This document shows positions 57,765-64,000 of a DNA stretch of 64,000 bases, piece by piece. The stretch's first letter is position 1. Each line of letters begins with the position of its first letter. A program made the position numbers and the translations under genes. The DNA is from an uncultured Clostridia bacterium. Lineage in GTDB: Bacteria > Bacillota > Clostridia > Christensenellales > CAG-917. The DNA lies in assembly GCA_944332995.1 (NCBI GenBank), contig CALVKR010000008.1, positions 5,125 to 69,124 of the forward strand, written 5' to 3'. The notes beneath the pieces were generated by a model. That model did no database searches. It was not told the DNA's origin and saw nothing but the letters and a program-made list of their open reading frames with translations.

Positions 57765-58811
57765 TTACTCAGCCTTTTCGCCCTGTTTTACCCTATCCCA
57801 GACGGAGTCCATTTCGGCGAGCGTAAACTCGTCCAAGGTCTTGCCGTCCGCCGTTAAAATTTCTTCCATTTTTTTGAATCTTGCCATAAATTTTTTGGAA
57901 GAATCGCTTAGCGCCGTTTCGGGCTCGATTTTCATAAGTCTTAAAAGATTTACGACGGCAAACAAAAGGTCGCCGCCCTCCTTTGCTTTTTCGTCCGCTT
58001 TCGCCTCTTTGAGTTCGGCAAGTTCTTCTCTTACCTTGCTCTCCGCACTTTCAAGGTCGGGGAAATCGAAACCGCACTTTTTAGCCCTCTTCTGAATTTT
58101 TTCCGCATACAAAAGCGCAGGCAGATTTTTGGGCACTCTTTCCATAGAGTCGGTAAAGTCAGAATAATGCTTTTCTTCCTTTTTTGCGGCGTTCCAAAAG
58201 TTTAATGCCTCGTCGGCGTTGGAAGCGTGATTGCTTCCGAAAATATGGGTGTGTCTTGTAATAAGTTTATGGCAAAGCTCGTAAAGCACGTCTAAGTAGT
58301 CGAACATTTTTTCGTCCATCGCTATATGGGCGTGGAATACCGCCTGAAGCAGGACGTCGCCGATTTCTTCGAGCATCATATCCTTGTCTTTTGCGTCGAT
58401 GGCCTCGACGAGTTCATACGCCTCCTCGATAAGGTTTATTCTTATCGATTCGTGAGTCTGCGCCTTATCCCATTCGCAGCCGTCCTTTGCCCTGAGCCTT
58501 GTCATTATGTCGATAAGATCGTAAAAATCGTAGCGCTTGCGGTCCTCAACCTTTGCGCCCTTTATGTAAATTATGCAATCGTCGCCGTCAAAGTCGGCAA
58601 GAGATATTTGTTTTTCCTCCTTGCCGTAAACCTTGACGGAAACGTTGCCGAACGCCTTTAAAGCTTTATCCAAAAATTCGGGACTGCCGTTTACCAGAAT
58701 GAGAGTGTCGACACTTTTGTCGGTGAAAAACTGCGCCTTTTGGGCGATGTCGTAAGACGTATAAGTGTTGTGCGATTTTAACAGTATTTCCTTTACCGCC
58801 GATAAATCCAT
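57765..58811 (-). CDS. mazG: MazG-family NTP pyrophosphohydrolase (YabN-like)
   Basis: LR...GCEWDKAQTH, EEAYE, EEIGDVLLQ, KL.TRH.HIF, EELAE...GDLLF. Confidence 0.9.
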   Translation of the reverse strand: MDLSAVKEILLKSHNTYTSYDIAQKAQFFTDKSVDTLILVNGSPEFLDKALKAFGNVSVKVYGKEEKQISLADFDGDDCIIYIKGAKVEDRKRYDFYDLIDIMTRLRAKDGCEWDKAQTHESIRINLIEEAYELVEAIDAKDKDMMLEEIGDVLLQAVFHAHIAMDEKMFDYLDVLYELCHKLITRHTHIFGSNHASNADEALNFWNAAKKEEKHYSDFTDSMERVPKNLPALLYAEKIQKRAKKCGFDFPDLESAESKVREELAELKEAKADEKAKEGGDLLFAVVNLLRLMKIEPETALSDSSKKFMARFKKMEEILTADGKTLDEFTLAEMDSVWDRVKQGEKAE

Positions 58812-58812
58812 T

Positions 58813-60546
58813 TTAAACCTCTTTATCCCAAAATCTTATTTTGCGCTTGAATTTGAGCAAAAATCCCGACATGGGCAGACTTTGAGTTTCCTCTTTGTTT
58901 AATACGTCGAAAGCGGCAATGAGAGCCGGATAGACAAGCAAGCTAAACGCCAACGCCACTCCGAACGCCACATATATATTAGCGAAAATATATTTAAAAG
59001 ACAAGCAACTGAGCGCAATTATAAGCGACGACACCAAAATAAAGGCGACGCTTTTGTCGAGTTTGTCCAGAGACAGATACCTCGTGAGATAGACAAGGTT
59101 TATAGCAAGCGTCACGAGCGACAGCGACACGTATGCCACGCCGGCGGCAAGAATGGATATATACGGGCTCAATATCAAAAGCAGCGCCGTCTTGACCGCA
59201 ATTCCGCAAATCATGGCGAGCACGTAAATCCTCGTCTTGTCAAGCGCTCCGAGTATAGAGCCGATTATCTGCGCCATCGACGACAGCACGACGGAAACGG
59301 ACATTATCCTCAGCAGGTTGGCTCCTGCCTCCAGTTCGGAGGCGGTGAGCACGGGAAATATTATTTTTAGTATCTCGCCCGAGAAGATAAGCATTATAAG
59401 AGCGGCGGGTACGCCAATCATAAGACACAGCTTTATCGAAAGCCTCGTCTTTAACAATATTCCGCTTGCGTCCCTTTCCGCCCTCTCTTTGGATACACTC
59501 GGTACCACCGCCACCGCAAGCGAAAGCAAAATCATAATCGGCATATTTATCAAGGTGGTGACGGAGCCGGAGTATACTCCGTAAAGGGACTTAGAGCCCG
59601 TCAAAGCCACTATCATAAAGCTGTCTAAAAATCCCGACAGAGGCAACAGTAAAGCGATAAGCGCAAAGGGAAACGCTATCTTTAAAAAGCCTAAAGGATT
59701 GGCAGTTTTATCGTCTGTTTCAACTCCGCTTGCATAGACTGCCTCCGACTGAGAATTGAGCCCCGCATCGGTTAAAGCCACGCCCGACGCCGCCGTAGTT
59801 TTGTGCGTTATTTTACTTTGATTAAACGACTTTGTCCTTTTAATTTTACGTTCTGCTTTTTCGGCTTTAAATAATTCCGCTTTTTGAAATTTTTTCTCCT
59901 TGCTTCTCGATACAAGGTATGCTATTGCCACAAAGACGAACGAGAGTATCTCGCTTGCCGTCACGGCAACGAGCGCTCCGTAAAGGGCGAAGTCTATCCC
60001 CCTCTCTATCAGGCCGAACGCTAAAGTCAACCCAAGCACGAGCTTTACCGTCTGTTCGATAAGCGAACAGACCGTCGGCGGTCCCATTTTCATTTTGCCG
60101 TAAAAGTAGCCTTTGAAAACGGAGCTTATGCCCACAAAAAACACGCTCGGGGCTATGATAAAGTAGCACATGCCCAAAATCTTACTGCCCTGCATATAGG
60201 CAAAAGTTTTGTTCAGCAAAATCAAAACGCCGGTCATGACAAGCGAGAGGACAAAGCAAAACCAAAAAGCGTTTTTGACGCATTTAGCGTCGCCCTCGGC
60301 TACCAGCCTCGAAATTGCCTGAGTTATTCCGCCGGTAACTATAACGACAAAAAGAGCGTATACGGAATAGACGAGCTGATAAAGCCCTATACCCTCCGAG
60401 CCCAATGCGTTGGTGAGCGGAATACGGTAAATGGCGCCTATTATCTTGCAAAGTATTCCGCCTGTCGCAATAATGAGCGCACTTTTGCCGAACGTGCTTT
60501 TTGCAAGCGAGCTTTTGCGATTCTTCTTCGACGCTACTTGCTGCAT
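58813..60546 (-). CDS. Polysaccharide biosynthesis/MOP flippase (YabM/SpoVB/MurJ-like)
   Basis: KIIGAIYRIPLTN.LG.EG.GLYQ, many TMs. Located between spoVT and the yabN-like gene. Confidence 0.85.
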   Translation of the reverse strand: MQQVASKKNRKSSLAKSTFGKSALIIATGGILCKIIGAIYRIPLTNALGSEGIGLYQLVYSVYALFVVIVTGGITQAISRLVAEGDAKCVKNAFWFCFVLSLVMTGVLILLNKTFAYMQGSKILGMCYFIIAPSVFFVGISSVFKGYFYGKMKMGPPTVCSLIEQTVKLVLGLTLAFGLIERGIDFALYGALVAVTASEILSFVFVAIAYLVSRSKEKKFQKAELFKAEKAERKIKRTKSFNQSKITHKTTAASGVALTDAGLNSQSEAVYASGVETDDKTANPLGFLKIAFPFALIALLLPLSGFLDSFMIVALTGSKSLYGVYSGSVTTLINMPIMILLSLAVAVVPSVSKERAERDASGILLKTRLSIKLCLMIGVPAALIMLIFSGEILKIIFPVLTASELEAGANLLRIMSVSVVLSSMAQIIGSILGALDKTRIYVLAMICGIAVKTALLLILSPYISILAAGVAYVSLSLVTLAINLVYLTRYLSLDKLDKSVAFILVSSLIIALSCLSFKYIFANIYVAFGVALAFSLLVYPALIAAFDVLNKEETQSLPMSGFLLKFKRKIRFWDKEV

Positions 60547-61061
60547 AACGATGACAATATCTTCACGCTCAGGTTGACGTAACCCACAAGCGAGTTTGCC
60601 TGATGATTTGTCAAAAGCACGAGTCCGCCCACGTTATCCCCTTGATTTATTATGGGTGCGATTATCTGATAGGCAAAATTCATTTTATCGCCGTCGTATA
60701 AAGATATTCTTTCCGAGCCGGATTTTACTTTGATTTCTTTGCCTCTTATTATCTTAAGACAATCGTCGGATATCGTCTTGCCCTCGGCAAAGCGTTTTTG
60801 ACCGCCCTCGTAAATGTTGACGAAATTGCCGTCGCACACGAATACGTCCGCTTCGGTAAATTCTTTAAGGGATACGGCTATATCCTCTAAAATATGGCGC
60901 ATAGCCTCCATCTCGGAATATTTTTTCATAGTCATGAGGTCGCCTTCCATGGCAATCTCGAGCTCGTCGCCCTCGTGAAGTCGCATACTGCGGCGAAGCT
61001 CTTTTGGTATGACTATTCTGCCGAGTTCGTCGATGCGTCTGACTATTCCCGTTGTTTGCAT
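60534..61061 (-). CDS. spoVT: Stage V sporulation protein T (AbrB family + GAF)
   Basis: TGIVRRIDELGRIVIPKELRR, APII.QGD.VGG. ATG 61061 with GGAGG SD. Confidence 0.88.
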   Translation of the reverse strand: MQTTGIVRRIDELGRIVIPKELRRSMRLHEGDELEIAMEGDLMTMKKYSEMEAMRHILEDIAVSLKEFTEADVFVCDGNFVNIYEGGQKRFAEGKTISDDCLKIIRGKEIKVKSGSERISLYDGDKMNFAYQIIAPIINQGDNVGGLVLLTNHQANSLVGYVNLSVKILSSLCSK

Positions 61062-61208
61062 ATTAAAACCCTCCATGTTTTTACTAAAATTAGTATTTAA
61101 AAAGCCTTTAAAAAAATACGCTTTTTTTGACAGGCATTTTGATAAGCGGCACCATACGTCTTTTTAAACAGAAATTTTACCGAGGGCGCTAAAGGCTTTT
61201 AAACTAAT

Positions 61209-61300
61209 ATTTTGCAAAAAGGCAAAGCCGTATCTTTTATACGTGCATTTTGAAAAATGGCAAAGCCGTACCTTTTATGCGCAGATTTTACAAAAGGCAC
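61209..61300. repeat. 38-bp imperfect tandem repeat (about 2.5 copies)
   Basis: Units attttgcaaaaaggcaaagccgta.cttttat... start at 61209, 61247 and 61285. Confidence 0.75.
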
Positions 61301-61307
61301 AGGCATA

Positions 61308-61331
61308 AAAAAAGCGCTGGGCAAGCGCTTT
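61308..61331 (-). terminator. Intrinsic terminator
   Basis: aaagcgc-tgggcaa-gcgcttt with a T-tract on the minus strand. Confidence 0.7.
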
Positions 61332-61515
61332 AAAAAACTTTTATTTTGAAAGTATGTTTTTTAATTTTTTAAAATTTCGTCTATTTTTTACAATCAAATA
61401 TAACTTTGCAATAAAATTTGCGGTTAAATTTTGAGCAAATGAAAACTGAAGTTGTCGGCGCTTTAAGGCGAATTTATCTGCGATACTTAAAATTTGCTCC
61501 GACTTATATGTTTTC

Positions 61516-61773
61516 TTAGTCCGCTCTCTCCACCTCGAGGGAAGTGAATTTGACCTCGTCGATAAAATCACGGGGCAAAAACTCCACTCGCTTGAAAGTC
61601 TTGAGATTTTCAAAATGGGTGGACAAAATAACGGGCGTGGAAATATCCAACTCGTCAGCCGCCTTGGACATCATATCCAAAAAGACGTCCTCGGTCAAAT
61701 CGGCTTCGTTTTCCAAAACCGTATCGTTTAATATTTTGTCTTCTTCTTTAACCTTTATCCAAAGTTTAACCAT
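61516..61773 (-). CDS. Small acidic hypothetical protein (85 aa)
   Basis: Clean ORF overlapping the stop of the upstream gene. LDISTPVILSTH motif. Confidence 0.7.
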   Translation of the reverse strand: MVKLWIKVKEEDKILNDTVLENEADLTEDVFLDMMSKAADELDISTPVILSTHFENLKTFKRVEFLPRDFIDEVKFTSLEVERAD

Positions 61774-62245
61774 AGTATTCGTCCATTATCTCCGCAAAAT
61801 AGAAATCGTGCATATCGCCGTCCGCATAGAACGAGCCTATCTCTTTAAGGTCGCACGCCCCCATATCCAGCCTCGTGACGACACGGCATTCAAGGTAGCC
61901 CTTGCAACCTTTTACGACGTATCCGTCGACGCTCTTTGCCTTTTGTTTTTCCAATCCGGCTTTTGCCCACTTATCCGAGCCGTCTCTTGCCGAAACGCTG
62001 CCGCAAATTCCCAGGGCGCCCTTCATTTCGCCGTCATACGGCACGGACACGGTAAAGGTTTTGTTTTGCTCGATGACCGAGTGAGTATATCTCGACTTCC
62101 TGACAACGGCAAGGAATATCTTTTTTCTCCAAATCACGCCGACCATGCCCCATGAGATAGTCATGATTTTGTCGCCCGAGCTCAAAAAACCGCCTGCCGT
62201 GAGAAGATTGTTCATAAGTGTAGCCGTATCGTCAAATTTGATCAT
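61766..62245 (-). CDS. Flavin reductase family protein
   Basis: MTISWG..G.IW, VRKSRYT, FTVSVP, CGSVSARD..DK, YLECRV, HDFYFAEI. AGGAGG SD. Confidence 0.87.
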   Translation of the reverse strand: MIKFDDTATLMNNLLTAGGFLSSGDKIMTISWGMVGVIWRKKIFLAVVRKSRYTHSVIEQNKTFTVSVPYDGEMKGALGICGSVSARDGSDKWAKAGLEKQKAKSVDGYVVKGCKGYLECRVVTRLDMGACDLKEIGSFYADGDMHDFYFAEIMDEYYG

Positions 62246-62633
62246 ATATGCCTCCTAAGCGTTTTCGTATAATTTAGCTTTTAATTTAATATATCATAAC
62301 ACATATAAAAAGGTTTAACAATACATATTTTTAAAAGCGTATATTTAACGCTATATCATACTTATTTTATCCTGCCCGCTTTTATATCCTGATTTTATAA
62401 GTTGTTTATTGGCTTATTGTTGGTGTAGCCGCATATTTATATAAATGTCTGTGAAGTTTTGATGCCGGATTTATAGTTTAAACTTTTTCGTTTACTCACA
62501 CTTATTTTATTTTTTATACGGCGGTTTATACTCTGTTTGTATAAATGGAAAAAGATAACACTATATATTGAAATTTAAAAAAAATGTCAAAACTTACTTT
62601 AAATATTTTCTTTTTTGTGTTAATCTACTTTAT

Positions 62634-64000
62634 ATGATTTGCAAGTTTACAAACGATTATCTGATAGAGAGTTTTACGATGGTGGACAACCTCTTTATAA
62701 GAGAGTATATGCCCTATGCCGACGAAAAGCAGGTAAAGGTTTACCTTTACGGTCTTTTTTTGTGCAATACGGAGTCGGACGCCGACAGTTTTGAAGAAAT
62801 GGCAAAAACTCTCGACATGACAAAAGAAGAGATTGTCGACACATTCAGATTCTGGTCGGAGCAAGGGCTTGTCAGGCTTATATCTTCCTCGCCTCTCGAA
62901 GTGAAATATCTGTCTTTCAAAAACAATTTAAAACCTGTCAAAAAATATAAGGACGGAAAATTTGCCGATTTCAATACGGCGCTTCAACAGCTTTTCCCCG
63001 ACAGACAAATCATGTCAAACGAGTTTCACGTCTACTACGAGTTTTTGGACGACTGTCCCATCGATCAGGACGCCCTCATAATGATTGTGCAATACTGCAT
63101 AAATCTGAAAGGCTCGTCGGTAAGGTATCCTTATATCCTCACCGTGGCAAGAAGCTGGTTTAACGACGGAGTGAGGACGGTGGACGACGTCGAAGAAAAA
63201 CTCAGCGAATACGAACAGCAATCGGAAGATATGCGCCTTGTTTTAAAGTCGCTGTCGAGAAAAGGCGGAGCGGACCTCGAAGAAAAGCAAATGCTTTTAA
63301 AGTGGACGAAAAATTGGGGATTTTCCGTTTCGGCCATTGCGTTTTGCGCCAAAAAACTGAAAAACAAAACTTTTAAAAAACTCGACGCCACACTTGACGA
63401 ATACTACCGCCTGGATATCTTCACGGAAAGTCAGATGCAAGACTATTTTGAGCGTAAAGCGGTTTTAAACGAACTCGCCGTCAAGATAAACAAATCGCTT
63501 GGCGTGTTTTACGAATCGCTTGACGCCGAGATAGAAACCTATATACAGCCGTGGCTTCAAAAGGGATTCGACGAAGAAGCGCTCGTCAAAGTCGCCCACT
63601 ACTGCTTTTTGTCGGGAGTCAAAAACCTCGAAGGCATGAAAGGCGTTATTTCAAAATTCTATTCCGAGGGCGCCCTCACCGTCGAGAGCATAAACCGTTA
63701 TATTGCTAAACAAGTCGAAAAGGATAAGTTTATAAAAGAGATTCTTTCAAAGGCAGGCGAAGTGCGCTCCGTCATACCGAGCGACAGAGAATATCTCAAA
63801 ATCTGGGAATCGGATTGGGGATTTGGTCAGGACGTCATACTCTATGCCGCCTCCTGCTCGTTTGGAAAGACCTACCCTATGAAGTATATGAATCAGCTTC
63901 TTTCCTCTTTTAAAGAGCAAGGCGCATTCAGCGTAGAGAAAGCCAAAGCCGTCTCTGTGGCTCAGCCGGCACAATCGGCAAAACAGGATTATATGCAAAG
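62634..64000 (+). CDS. DnaD/DnaB-domain replication protein, partial (runs off the window end)
   Basis: Not in the ORF track because it has no stop. MICKFTNDYLIESFTMVDNLFIREYMP.A...VKVYLYGL, later YI..VA.SW...GV.T..DV and MKYM..LL repeats typical of DnaD domains. Confidence 0.85.
   Translation, partial: MICKFTNDYLIESFTMVDNLFIREYMPYADEKQVKVYLYGLFLCNTESDADSFEEMAKTLDMTKEEIVDTFRFWSEQGLVRLISSSPLEVKYLSFKNNLKPVKKYKDGKFADFNTALQQLFPDRQIMSNEFHVYYEFLDDCPIDQDALIMIVQYCINLKGSSVRYPYILTVARSWFNDGVRTVDDVEEKLSEYEQQSEDMRLVLKSLSRKGGADLEEKQMLLKWTKNWGFSVSAIAFCAKKLKNKTFKKLDATLDEYYRLDIFTESQMQDYFERKAVLNELAVKINKSLGVFYESLDAEIETYIQPWLQKGFDEEALVKVAHYCFLSGVKNLEGMKGVISKFYSEGALTVESINRYIAKQVEKDKFIKEILSKAGEVRSVIPSDREYLKIWESDWGFGQDVILYAASCSFGKTYPMKYMNQLLSSFKEQGAFSVEKAKAVSVAQPAQSAKQDYMQ

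Noticed and set aside
62250-62630. Replication origin upstream of the DnaD gene
   Set aside because: The region is AT-rich, but I saw no TTATCCACA DnaA-box cluster.

Overview
This is a chromosomal window from a spore-forming, low-GC Bacillota (Clostridia-like) bacterium, inferred from spoVT-yabM-yabN, spmAB, the Prp-processed L27 and a T-box. Most genes lie on the minus strand and are housekeeping: rnj, serC/serA, clpB, rlmD, citrate synthase, rplU-prp-rpmA, trpB2, dut, coaE, dtd, mgsA, rsmA, tatD, metG and dusB. The window also has tRNA-Leu(CAG), tmRNA and a partial DnaD-domain gene at the right end. Two accessory patches stand out. One is a LexA-like/Y-family polymerase/YolD mutagenesis cassette next to GNAT, TM2 and two XRE genes (13.4-18.8 kb). 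The other is a solitary tyrosine integrase next to two paralogous lipoproteins and an InlB-B-repeat protein (40.3-44.9 kb). The most notable unexplained signals are these. (1) A Trp T-box is followed by two terminators and a third arm copy that could act as a pairing relay. (2) A GGAAC-N5-GTTCC palindrome is shared by the lexA-like promoter and the XRE/TM2 divergent promoters. (3) A palindrome array with exact 26-bp period follows serA. (4) Many genes appear leaderless. (5) The DegT aminotransferase is split at an A7 tract. (6) A structured non-coding element next to tRNA-Leu carries a 13-bp tRNA fragment. I found no CRISPR array, rRNA or complete prophage. All calls come from reading the sequence by eye; no database searches or folding programs were run.
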